Assembly (NCBI GenBank): GCA_963663225.1
Contig: OY760142.1
Coordinates: 992,001 to 1,056,000, forward strand
Length of the DNA stretch: 64,000 nt
Origin: Nitrospirota bacterium
GTDB lineage: Bacteria; Nitrospirota; UBA9217
Direction: 5' to 3'
Part shown: positions 52,244 through 61,800 of the stretch, in pieces
Layout: each line of letters begins with the position of its first letter
How positions within the stretch are numbered: the stretch's first letter is position 1
The notes under the pieces: model-generated
The model's database searches: none
Seen by the model: the letters and a program-made list of their open reading frames with translations, nothing else
What the model was told of the DNA's origin: nothing
Made by a program: the position numbers and the translations under genes

Positions 52244-53965
52244 ATGCGTATTCTTCGCATTTCCATGGCACAGATCAATCCCACCGTAGGAGACCTCGCG
52301 GGCAACAGGGACAAAATTATTGCGTGCATTCTCCGTGCAAAAAAACTCGGCGCCGATATCGTCGCGTTCACGGAACTGGCTGTCACAGGATATCCGCCGG
52401 AAGATCTGCTGCTCAAGCCCCAGTTTGTCAAAGACAATCTGCGCACCTTACGGGAAATCACCAAAGCCACACAGGGAATCACAGCCGTCGTCGGTTTTGT
52501 CGACGTGAACGAATACTTGTACAACGCCGCGGCAGTCATCTCCCGCGGAAAGTTGTTGTATGTTTATCATAAAATGCTGCTGCCAAATTACGGCGTGTTT
52601 GACGAATATCGGTATTTCAAACCCGGCAAACGCTGTCCGATCATCGTTGTCAATGGTGTTCCCGTCGGAATCAATGTCTGCGAGGACATCTGGTATCCGG
52701 ACGGACCGACACATACGCAGGCGCTGGCTGGGGCGGAAGTCATCGTCAACATCAATGCTTCTCCGTATCATAAAGGAAAAGGACGCGAGCGGATGCGGAT
52801 GCTTGCCGACCGGGCCCGTGAAAACGGAATTTATATTGCATATACAAACGCAGTGGGCGGACAGGATGAGCTTGTTTTTGACGGCCACAGCCTCCTCGTT
52901 GACCCGAAAGGAAAGGTGCTTGCGACAGGCAGACAATTTGAGGAAGATTTTGTTACGTGCGATGTCAGGCTTCCTGCTCTTTCGAGCCGCGGCAAGTCTG
53001 CGACTTCGGAGTCCCTTTCCCGGGAGCACCTCGACTCCGTCGATACTGTCTTGATCTCCACCGGTACATCAAGAAAAAAAATACTGCCTCCGCCACGAAT
53101 CGAAAAAGCTTACGCTCCTGTACAGGAAGTGTACCACGCGCTCGTTCTCGGGACTCGCGATTACCTCAAAAAAAATGGTTTCAAGTCCGCGGTAATCGGC
53201 CTGTCGGGCGGGATCGATTCTTCCTTGGTCGCCGCCGTGGCATGCGCGGCAATTGGAAAGAACCAGGTGGCCGGTGTTTTCATGCCGTCTCCGTACAGCT
53301 CTCGTGAAAGCCGCGAAGACGCCATTCTGCTCGCGCGCAATCTGGGCATGAAAATGCTGACCATCCCCATCCATCAGCCGTTCGATGCGTATTTGAACAC
53401 GCTGCGCGGTGCGTTCGCAGGCACCCGGCAGGACGTAACCGAGGAAAACCTGCAGGCACGTATCCGGGGAAACATTCTCATGGCGCTCTCGAATAAGTTC
53501 GGGTGGCTGGTACTCACGACCGGAAACAAAAGTGAAATGGCAACGGGGTATGCCACCCTCTATGGAGACATGGCGGGCGGTTTTGCCGTAATCAAGGACG
53601 TGCCGAAAACGCTGGTGTACGATGTATCCCGATATGTGAACCGTCTTGCGGAAAAAGCCGTCATTCCAAAACGAGTGCTTGCCAAGGCTCCCACGGCAGA
53701 GCTCCGCCCCAATCAGAAGGACAGCGATTCGCTCCCGGTTTATGATCTCCTCGATCCCATTCTCAAGGCATACGTAGAGGACGACAAGGACTTCGATGAA
53801 ATGTTAAATATGGGTTTTGACCGAAAGACCGTGGAGCGGGTCATTCATCTTGTTGATTCCAGCGAGTACAAGCGTCGCCAGGCCCCTCCCGGTGTCAAAA
53901 TCACTGCCCGGGGATTGGGAAAAGACCGGCGGTTCCCGATCACCAACCGCTATAGAAGCTATTGA
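52244..53965 (+). CDS. nadE: Glutamine-dependent NAD+ synthetase
   Basis: Nitrilase domain (EL..TGYPPED, K..LPNY, CED) plus synthetase domain (GLSGGIDS, ENLQAR, TGNKSE). Confidence 0.96.
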   Translation: MRILRISMAQINPTVGDLAGNRDKIIACILRAKKLGADIVAFTELAVTGYPPEDLLLKPQFVKDNLRTLREITKATQGITAVVGFVDVNEYLYNAAAVISRGKLLYVYHKMLLPNYGVFDEYRYFKPGKRCPIIVVNGVPVGINVCEDIWYPDGPTHTQALAGAEVIVNINASPYHKGKGRERMRMLADRARENGIYIAYTNAVGGQDELVFDGHSLLVDPKGKVLATGRQFEEDFVTCDVRLPALSSRGKSATSESLSREHLDSVDTVLISTGTSRKKILPPPRIEKAYAPVQEVYHALVLGTRDYLKKNGFKSAVIGLSGGIDSSLVAAVACAAIGKNQVAGVFMPSPYSSRESREDAILLARNLGMKMLTIPIHQPFDAYLNTLRGAFAGTRQDVTEENLQARIRGNILMALSNKFGWLVLTTGNKSEMATGYATLYGDMAGGFAVIKDVPKTLVYDVSRYVNRLAEKAVIPKRVLAKAPTAELRPNQKDSDSLPVYDLLDPILKAYVEDDKDFDEMLNMGFDRKTVERVIHLVDSSEYKRRQAPPGVKITARGLGKDRRFPITNRYRSY

Positions 53966-54006
53966 TCGCCAGTGTATCACAATTTTTTATCGTTCCCGGA
54001 TCTTCC

Positions 54007-54834
54007 ATGAAAACAGGAACTCTTTACATAGTCGCCACGCCCATCGGGAATTTAGAAGACATAACGTTCCGTGCGCTTCGTATTCTCAAAGAAGCGGATA
54101 TTATTGCCGCGGAGGACACTCGCCACACGCAAAAGCTGCTGAACAAATACGAAATTGACACGCCGCTTACCAGTTATCACGATCATAACAAGCATGAAAA
54201 AGCACCCATTCTCGTCGCGCGCCTGCTTGACGGCAAGAACGTCGCCCTCGTATCAGATGCGGGGACGCCGGGAATTTCCGACCCGGGGTATGTTTTAATC
54301 AATCTCGCGGTAGACCAGCAGGTACCGGTGGTACCGGTTCCCGGCGCCACCGCGGCCATTACGGCGCTTTCGATATCCGGCCTGCCGACTGACAGTTTTC
54401 GCTTTGCAGGTTTCCTCCCCCAAAAGCACTGCGCACGCCTTGCCCGCCTTCGTGCGCTTGCAAAAGATGAATGCACAATCATTTTCTATGAAGCACCGCA
54501 CAAGATCATCAGGACAATCAGTGAAATGCTCGAGAGCTTCGGCGACCGCCGCGCCGTAATCACCCGCGAGCTTACCAAAATTCACGAGCAGGTTCTCCGG
54601 GGAACGCTTTCGGAGATTTTGATACAGCTGGAGAAAGGACCGCTGAAAGGCGAATTTACCATTATTGTCCACGGTTCCTCAGCAGAACCGCACGAGCAAA
54701 TTGTCAGTACGGTGGAATATCTGAAAGACCTCGTGACGCAGCGAGGGTTAACTAAAAAAGAAGCCATCGCAACCGCAGCGGATGAACTGGGATTGCCGAA
54801 AAAGGAAGTCTACAAGGAAAGTCTAAGTATGTAA
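54007..54834 (+). CDS. rsmI: 16S rRNA Cm1402 methyltransferase
   Basis: ATPIGNLED, AEDTR, SDAGTPGISDPG, RELTK, KGEF. Confidence 0.96.
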   Translation: MKTGTLYIVATPIGNLEDITFRALRILKEADIIAAEDTRHTQKLLNKYEIDTPLTSYHDHNKHEKAPILVARLLDGKNVALVSDAGTPGISDPGYVLINLAVDQQVPVVPVPGATAAITALSISGLPTDSFRFAGFLPQKHCARLARLRALAKDECTIIFYEAPHKIIRTISEMLESFGDRRAVITRELTKIHEQVLRGTLSEILIQLEKGPLKGEFTIIVHGSSAEPHEQIVSTVEYLKDLVTQRGLTKKEAIATAADELGLPKKEVYKESLSM

Positions 54835-54927
54835 CAACCATTTGGTCGCGACTTTTTTATTCTTTCTACCAATAGAAAAACAAAAAACTCCTCCCGACAA
54901 AGCACCAGACTTCCAGTTTTGCATATA

Positions 54928-54967
54928 AAGTGAATTAGCCCGCCCCTTGGGGCGGGCTAATTCACTT
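54928..54967. terminator. Perfect 19 bp inverted repeat (terminator and/or mobile-element end scar)
   Basis: AAGTGAATTAGCCCGCCCC-TT-GGGGCGGGCTAATTCACTT between convergent rsmI and the island; touches the stop codon of the 719 aa gene. Confidence 0.7.
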
Positions 54968-57125
54968 ATCTCTCTTCCAGCCGGATGTAATCCACCACCA
55001 GCCTTTGTTCCGTGGGGACTGCCGCGTCACAAAGAATGTTCTGGACAATACTGATACTGTCTAGAGAAACAGGCTGTAAAACAGGCCCAGCCTTCGCAAG
55101 AACATCATAAAACGCTATTCTGAAATCCTCACCAAGTGGTACATACTCATCAATCGCAGTATAGCTCTCATTGCCACGGGTCGTAAAGTTGATTGACCGC
55201 GTTGATCCATCACCCATTCTTGCCTTGGCGACTACTCCCTGATATGCACCTGTCACCCACCCTCCGTTGCAAGGGCCCGATATCTGTTGATTAACGTCCA
55301 TCGTATCTATTCTGAGGTTAATACGTGTAGCTGGAGTTATTGCATAGGGAAAAACATCGGCGAACGCGCAGTCTAGCGGATATTCGCCAAAGTAACAATG
55401 ACGATTACCTCCAGGATCAGTTGCAGTCCGGCTCGGGATTCCTATGTAACTGTGATTACTCCATAAAACACCGGAATTCTCTTTAATCAGTCTCCCGTTG
55501 TCAACACGATGGCTTTGGTCAGTGGCCGGATACATGGTCATCGCACCAAAGCGTGTTTGGACCCAGGCATGATTGCCGGTTAGTCCGTTGTCCCATTCCT
55601 CCCTCCACCATCGAACCGCTTTTCCTGCGACCGCACCCTCTTCATTCCCCATCCTGCCCTGAAATACGAGAAAATAAGTGTTTTTTTCTTTTGGCGCCGG
55701 GGTTGTCGGTGTGGGGAATGTGACCTGCGCGCTCTGTCCGGGAATGGTTTGCTGTCCATTTTGGATGGCTGGTCCAATAGTGATGTTTTCCCATTTGGCA
55801 ATAAGAATGCGGTTGCTGCTCTCATCGTCATAGTAGAGGCTGAAGGTGCCGGAGACGTCCTCAGTGCTGCTGTTGATAAGGGCATACTGATCCATGGTTT
55901 CGCCGGCCGGCACGAGGCTTAGCTGCCCCCGGAAGAAGTAGTTCAACAACCCCGCGCTGTAGCCTACGGCGCGGGGGAGAAGCTCCTGGGCATAGGTTTC
56001 ATGCACATTGTCGTCAAGCACAAGCGCTACATTGGGAATGTTGGCATTCAGGCACGCACTACTGCCCAGGCAGGCCCAGTACTGCATCAGAGGGCTGACA
56101 CGCCCGAAATGGTCGCATCCGTTCGCAGACATTCCTTTTCTGCTGATATATTTTTTCTTGTACATGACGCCAAGGGGACCGGTTGCCTCTTCTTCGCATA
56201 TCTCGTAACCGGCGCTGGTGACGAACGGATTGGGGAAAAGGTGCGGCCTCGTCACACCATTGCTGGGGATCGTGTAGTCGCTGAAGTAGTTGGCGTTGGC
56301 AAATTCAGACAAACCGATTGACCAGCTTGTGGACGGATTGCTGCCCGTGTAGGTATCCGTGTCCCAGAATTTCGTAACGCTCATATCGGCAAAGGAAGGC
56401 ATGGGAACACTTTGCAGGTTGGTTATGAGGACCGATTTTCTGCTTATGTAACGCTCAAACGGCTGGACAAAAAAATCTGTATTTATACTGAGCAGGTGCG
56501 ACTCGAAATCGTTTCGCACGTGCGCCGGAACGGCCATGTCTTGTACAAGGTGCATCACCTGCCCCATAGCCTGAAATGTTTTTGCGAAGTTTATTTCTCT
56601 CATCTCACTACTTCCGGACGTCAACGCCAGATAGAAATACTTCCTCGCATTGTCCCACGTGTTGGGTTCGCGGATGTCCGGCCATTGGGGAAAGGCCTGC
56701 TTTCCACCACCAGGCGAAGGCGATAAATACCCCGTTCCCCACGTCACCGCTGAATAACGCGTCCAAAACGTACACCCACTCTCCGCCCACAACGGATCAT
56801 CGCTCATTCCGGACTGCTCCCACGGCAACAACGGATTATGAAAATGATTCGCGCGACGGCAAACGACAGTATCTTCATCGGTAGAACCTTTTTTTAACAG
56901 TTCAATTACAGTGCTTTTGGGGTCTTGTGAATCCGAAGGAAACCGAGAAGTAAGCCCTTTTTCTAATCCTAATGCAGCTTTCAAATAGATATTAAGATTC
57001 GAAATGTCTCTTATAGCTTTTTCGCTAATTTGTGGATGCGTAATTTGCTCTTCAAACGCGAAGGAGGCAATCGGTGAAAAAATGATGGAGAGACATATTA
57101 ATGAGGGCGCTATTTGCTTCTTCAT
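54966..57125 (-). CDS. Secreted protein with N-terminal Zn-dependent phospholipase C/P1-nuclease-fold domain
   Basis: Signal peptide, then F..THP, D, NHFHNP, GQVMHLVQDMAVPAH and FE in the same order as the Zn ligands of Bacillus PLC; beta-rich C-terminal domains. Confidence 0.75.
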   Translation of the reverse strand: MKKQIAPSLICLSIIFSPIASFAFEEQITHPQISEKAIRDISNLNIYLKAALGLEKGLTSRFPSDSQDPKSTVIELLKKGSTDEDTVVCRRANHFHNPLLPWEQSGMSDDPLWAESGCTFWTRYSAVTWGTGYLSPSPGGGKQAFPQWPDIREPNTWDNARKYFYLALTSGSSEMREINFAKTFQAMGQVMHLVQDMAVPAHVRNDFESHLLSINTDFFVQPFERYISRKSVLITNLQSVPMPSFADMSVTKFWDTDTYTGSNPSTSWSIGLSEFANANYFSDYTIPSNGVTRPHLFPNPFVTSAGYEICEEEATGPLGVMYKKKYISRKGMSANGCDHFGRVSPLMQYWACLGSSACLNANIPNVALVLDDNVHETYAQELLPRAVGYSAGLLNYFFRGQLSLVPAGETMDQYALINSSTEDVSGTFSLYYDDESSNRILIAKWENITIGPAIQNGQQTIPGQSAQVTFPTPTTPAPKEKNTYFLVFQGRMGNEEGAVAGKAVRWWREEWDNGLTGNHAWVQTRFGAMTMYPATDQSHRVDNGRLIKENSGVLWSNHSYIGIPSRTATDPGGNRHCYFGEYPLDCAFADVFPYAITPATRINLRIDTMDVNQQISGPCNGGWVTGAYQGVVAKARMGDGSTRSINFTTRGNESYTAIDEYVPLGEDFRIAFYDVLAKAGPVLQPVSLDSISIVQNILCDAAVPTEQRLVVDYIRLEER
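56618..56852. repeat. Homology arm B, copy 1 (direct repeat of 57736-57970)
   Basis: 235 bp with 4 mismatches by hand count; offset 1118. Confidence 0.95.
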
Positions 57126-57691
57126 TTGGTTTGCCCTTTCATTCTTTTTTGATCTTTTTCGTTTTGTTCTTTGATAACCTTGTCTTCTTCCGCTACTGAA
57201 TACATTTTGAAGAATAATTGTTTTCTTTCTGAATCGATCGTGCTATTAATAGCTCCTGTTGTAAACATATAATGATCTGTATAACTATAGGTGGTTTTAA
57301 ATTTCTCCAGCATATATCTATTATTTGATGCCCATTGAAAATCTTTTCTATTTTCCCAAGTAGGGAATATATTTCTGCTGCTCCATGTTACAAAGCCTTT
57401 TTTATAAACAGCCAAATCCGGCTTTTCTACAAACGACCTGTAACATCCCGGCAGATCGAATTTCCCGTCTTTGTCCGTCAGCACCTCTGCAACCTTCACC
57501 GACTCCGTATGCTTGTCGCCGATCCCTTTCTTGATCGTCCACTCCACAAGCACTACAGCACCTTCAATCGGTTTTCCGGTCTCCGCATCCACGACCGTCC
57601 CCGTAATAGGAAGATAAGCGCATCCTTTGACATAACCGGCCAGAAGCGCCGCAATAATAATTGATGTGATAATTACTTTCTTGTTTTTCAT
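57122..57691 (-). CDS. Small exported protein with carboxypeptidase-regulatory-like beta domain (candidate immunity/partner), copy 1
   Basis: Signal/anchor ending VKGC, ITGTVVDAETGKPIEGA motif; ATGA overlap with the PLC-fold gene. Confidence 0.7.
   Translation of the reverse strand: MKNKKVIITSIIIAALLAGYVKGCAYLPITGTVVDAETGKPIEGAVVLVEWTIKKGIGDKHTESVKVAEVLTDKDGKFDLPGCYRSFVEKPDLAVYKKGFVTWSSRNIFPTWENRKDFQWASNNRYMLEKFKTTYSYTDHYMFTTGAINSTIDSERKQLFFKMYSVAEEDKVIKEQNEKDQKRMKGQTK
57468..57691. repeat. Homology arm A, copy 1 (direct repeat of 58577-58800)
   Basis: 224 bp with 12 mismatches by hand count, only one of them changing an amino acid; offset 1109. Confidence 0.95.
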
Positions 57692-57733
57692 ACCCCCCCC
57701 AGGAAAGTTTATTTCATTGTCAGTATTTACCTT

Positions 57734-58237
57734 CTACGTCAACGCCAGATAGCAATACTTCCTCGCATTGTCCCACGTGTTGGGTTCGCGGATGTCCGGC
57801 CATTGGGGAAAGGCCTGCTTGCCACCACCAGGCGCAGGCGATAAATACCCCGTTCCCCACGTCACCGCTGAATAACGCGTCCAAAACGTACACCCACTCT
57901 CCGCCCACAACGGATCATCGCTCATTCCGGACTGCCCCCACGGCAACAACGGATTATGAAAATGATTCGCCCTGCGGCAGGGCTCGAAGTCTTCGAGTTC
58001 AGCGCCTTTTCTCAATAAAACCAAAATGTCGTCAGCAGAATACGATGGGACCTTTGCTTGAATTCCATCTTTAAAACTCAAATTGCTTTTGAGATATTGA
58101 TCGAGTATAGAGATTTTAATGGCGATTTTCGTAAGCTCTGGATGAGTAACTTTTTCATCATAAGCCAACCCATTACGAGCGCATAAAAATAATATTGAAC
58201 AACAAATAGCCCAACATAGGAACGTTCTCTTTATCAT
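57734..58237 (-). pseudogene. Truncated (orphan) N-terminal fragment of a PLC-fold paralog
   Basis: Own signal peptide and divergent N-terminus, then near-identical to the 719 aa protein; stops at TAG before the HxxxD....H ligands. Confidence 0.85.
57736..57970. repeat. Homology arm B, copy 2
   Basis: Direct repeat of 56618-56852. Confidence 0.95.
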
Positions 58238-58800
58238 CGTCTACCCCCGCTATCGCCTCTTTGCTTTACATCGCGTTCTTTTATAGCCTTTGCTCTTTCC
58301 CACTCGTTATAAGCTTTAAAAAATAATTTCTTTTGGTTAGTTGCGCTTTCGGGACGCACAGCACTTGTTATAAAATAATAGTGATCATCAAAACTGAAGG
58401 AGCTCCTAACTTGCTCTAATTTAAATACAGCCCCGCTCTTCCATTGAAAATCAGTTCTTCTTTCGTTCTTAGAGAAAACATAATTGCTGCTCCACGCCAC
58501 ATACCCCTTCTTGTAAATTGTAAGATCTGGTGCTTCTATGAATGGTCTATAGCATCCTGGTAGGTCAAACTTGCCATCTTTGTCCGTCAGCACCTCTGCA
58601 ACCTTCACCGATTCCGTATGCTTGTCGCCGATCCCTTTCTTGATCGTCCATTCCACAAGCACAACAGCGCCTTCGATCGGTTTTCCGGTCTCCGCATCCA
58701 CAACCGTACCCGTAATAGGCAGATAAGCGCATCCTTTGACATAACCGACCAAAAGTGCCGCAATAATAATTGACGTGATAATTACTTTCTTGTTTTTCAT
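58234..58800 (-). CDS. Small exported protein with carboxypeptidase-regulatory-like domain (candidate immunity/partner), copy 2
   Basis: 84/85 N-terminal residues identical to copy 1, about 40% identical after that; ATGA overlap with the orphan fragment. Confidence 0.7.
   Translation of the reverse strand: MKNKKVIITSIIIAALLVGYVKGCAYLPITGTVVDAETGKPIEGAVVLVEWTIKKGIGDKHTESVKVAEVLTDKDGKFDLPGCYRPFIEAPDLTIYKKGYVAWSSNYVFSKNERRTDFQWKSGAVFKLEQVRSSFSFDDHYYFITSAVRPESATNQKKLFFKAYNEWERAKAIKERDVKQRGDSGGRR
58577..58800. repeat. Homology arm A, copy 2
   Basis: Direct repeat of 57468-57691. Confidence 0.95.
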
Positions 58801-58865
58801 GAAAACCTCTGCTTAAATAGCTGATAGTTGTCTGATATAGTATGCCTTTCTATAAAATACTTTTT

Positions 58866-61800
58866 TCAAAAAGCCCTGATTTTCCATAATCCATTTCTAC
58901 CCTTGACAAAAAGAACGGCATAGGCAGAAACACTGCCGTTTTCCTGACGGATGGCTTCGTATTGTGCGTCTATTGTTCCGACGCTTACTGTTATTAAATC
59001 CGTAAAAGCTGAAAATATCGCTGTAAGGCCTTCACTTCCTATTTGATTGAAAATAGTTCTATATCGATCTTTGCTCGTATCAATAAAATAATTGAGTGCA
59101 GCCTCTATACTCCCCGCCAGAACCGCCCCTTTCATTGCCTCCCACTTGGCTTTGAGGAGCGTATCCATCGTGCTTCTATCCAGCACATTCACGATTGCCG
59201 TTTCCGTGTACGTATTTCCCAGTGTATCAGTAACTGTTACGGTTGGAAAGTATAGCCCCGGGATCCGGTAGCTTGCCGTGATTTGGGTGAGCGTTGCTCC
59301 TTGCTGCTCCGCGATCCCGTCGCCGTTCGTGTCGTAGGAGTAGTTTGCGATCGTGCCGGTGATATGGGACTCTACATTAATCGTGGTTTCAAAGCCGGTT
59401 GTCCCGTCTGTTTTTGTTGTCATAATTCCGCTTGTTGGATTGGCGGTGAATCTCACCCGCTCCTGAATGCTGTCCGTGTTGATCGTTATCGTTGCCTGTT
59501 CCTGGATACCGTATATGTTGGTCGCCGTCGCTGTTATGGTGTTCGGTCCTTGCTGGAGCGAGATTATGGCCGCAAAACTGCTGCCTTGCTGCTCTGCTTG
59601 GACGCCGTTTACGGTTATGCCTATTTCCTGATTTGCCGGATAGTTTATCGTTCCTCGTATAAGCGCAGTGGATTTATTGATTGTTGTTCCTGTTGGTGGT
59701 GAAACTATCTGTATCCCAAACTGGTGTTGCACGGTGACAGGGAAGTTTTGCTCTGTCACATTCCCGGCTCCGTCTGTTATGCGGATTGTGACAGTGTGGT
59801 TGCCGGATGCAAGTGTGAAGGTTTCAAGACTGAACGTATACGGCCCCTGGGTGAGCGTTGTTCTTACAATGTTGTCCACAAGCAAAGTCACGCTCCGGAT
59901 GCCGGATAGGACATCTGAGGCTGTAACTGTTATGGTTGCTGTACCCGTGAGCACTGCATTGGCGGTGATTCCGGTAACCGTTGCCGTGGGCGGCTCCTGG
60001 TCAAGGATGACTGTCCGGCTAAGAGTGCTGCTGTTGCCTGCCCGGTCGGTCGCGGTGAACAGAAGTGTGTTGATACCGTTCGTCAACGCGGCTGTTCCAG
60101 TGAAACCGCTTCCGCTCATGGTCAGCGGTTGCGCTGCTCCGGTATTTACGGTTACTGTTGCTGTTCCGGGGTTCTGGTCAATGATGGTGCCGGCTATATT
60201 GACTGTCTGGCTGTTGGTGACTGTTCCCTCTCCTGGTGCTGTTATGCTGATCTGCGGTGACGTGGTGTCGCGAATAACCGAAATAATCACGGAGTTCCGA
60301 TTCAGTGCCGGGTCTGTCGCGGACACACCAATATACTGGATTCCTTCCCCGGGCCTCATGTTGTATGGGAATGAAAACGTGCCGTTTGTGACGGGTATAT
60401 TTGCTCCATCCGAATCAAGTTGAACGACCGCTGCAGGATCGTCCACCGTCCCGGTTACGGTGATGGTCGGGCTGTTCGTAATGGTCCCGTCCGGTGGTGA
60501 GGTAATAGCAATGTTTGGAGCGATTGTGTCTTTGATGAACGTAACGGTTGCGGCAGTCTGGTTCCCCTGTTCAGGTGTCATTGTGATGGTGACCGGATAG
60601 GGACCGTCCGGACCGGACAACCGCATTCTGGCCCAGAAAAACGTGTCTGTCCACCCTGCCTGCAGGATTCTGCCCCGGTTGTAGATATATCCTCCGGAAA
60701 TCAACGGGATGCCATCAACGACTACGGTTGCATCTGTATCATTCACCCGGCCCAGGATGTATCCGCGTTCATAGTGTACATGGCCCAGCGGGACTTGCTG
60801 TGCACATCCCGCCACTGGCGGATGGGGCTGCTGTTCCAGGTAGGCTTCTGGACAGACCAGGAGTGCGCCGCTGTCCGGCGTATTGTACGTGACGTGAACT
60901 GTATCTGTTGCCTTCTGCCGGACACGGTTGGTTGCTGTGGCGGTTATGGTATTGTTCCCGGAGGCGAGAGCTACCCCGGCTGCCTCAAAGTCTAGATTCG
61001 TGACCGTTGCCTGTATCCCGTTCACCTCCACTGTTGCCGTGGGATCGGTTATGGTGCCCCTGACGGTGATCGGCGAGGTTTCAAACACTGCTCCATCTAC
61101 GGGCTCGGTTATGGTAATGCCGATTTTAGGCAGTCCGATGTCCAGGGCCCGGATATTGATGTACCCCGGGACCTGAAGAAGCAGGTCTCCGACGTCACTC
61201 CCTTTAAATAGCGTGTCTTTGGTGGCAACCCAGACGGTATTGTCAGCAGAGTCAACTGCTATGGCAATAAATTCCGCGCTGCAGGTACTGGATTGGGCAG
61301 TCTGTCTATTTACGGTACCGGAACTGACAGTTGCAGTTGCCGATACATTATTCTGTTGGCTGCTCGGGCAGAGCGGTACTGTAAGCAACTTCTGATTGTC
61401 CTTGCTGTATTTATGCACCTCATTGACGGTGACAATCCACAAACTGCCGGTTGCCGTATTTACTTCCATGTCACGGATTCCGGCAATCTCCCCAGTGCGG
61501 AAAAGCTCCTGGCCCAGAGCGTCTAGTTTGCCGAGTCCTTCTTCTGTTCCTACCCACAAGGCATGGGATGCGGGGTCTGCCGCTAGGGCGGTGATGGATA
61601 TGCTATCGCCAGCCGGAACGCTGAATAATGCCGTGCCGTCTGGCGCGTATTTGGTTATCTTGTGCACTTCCGCCATCCAGCAACTCCCATCGGACACGTC
61701 AACGGAAACCGCGGTTATGCCGCCGAAGCCGCCAATCCGGAAAACCTCCTGATTACCATAAGATAGTTTGAGCAGCTCTCCTCCGGACCCTATCCAGACC

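Noticed and set aside
57734-57736. Pyrrolysine readthrough of the in-frame TAG
   Set aside because: No pyl genes in the window, and the fusion would bury a signal peptide and still lack the catalytic ligands
56618-57970. Diversity-generating retroelement TR/VR pair
   Set aside because: The four mismatches (A>C, T>G, A>C, T>C on the plus strand) are not adenine-specific on one strand, and no reverse transcriptase is present in the window
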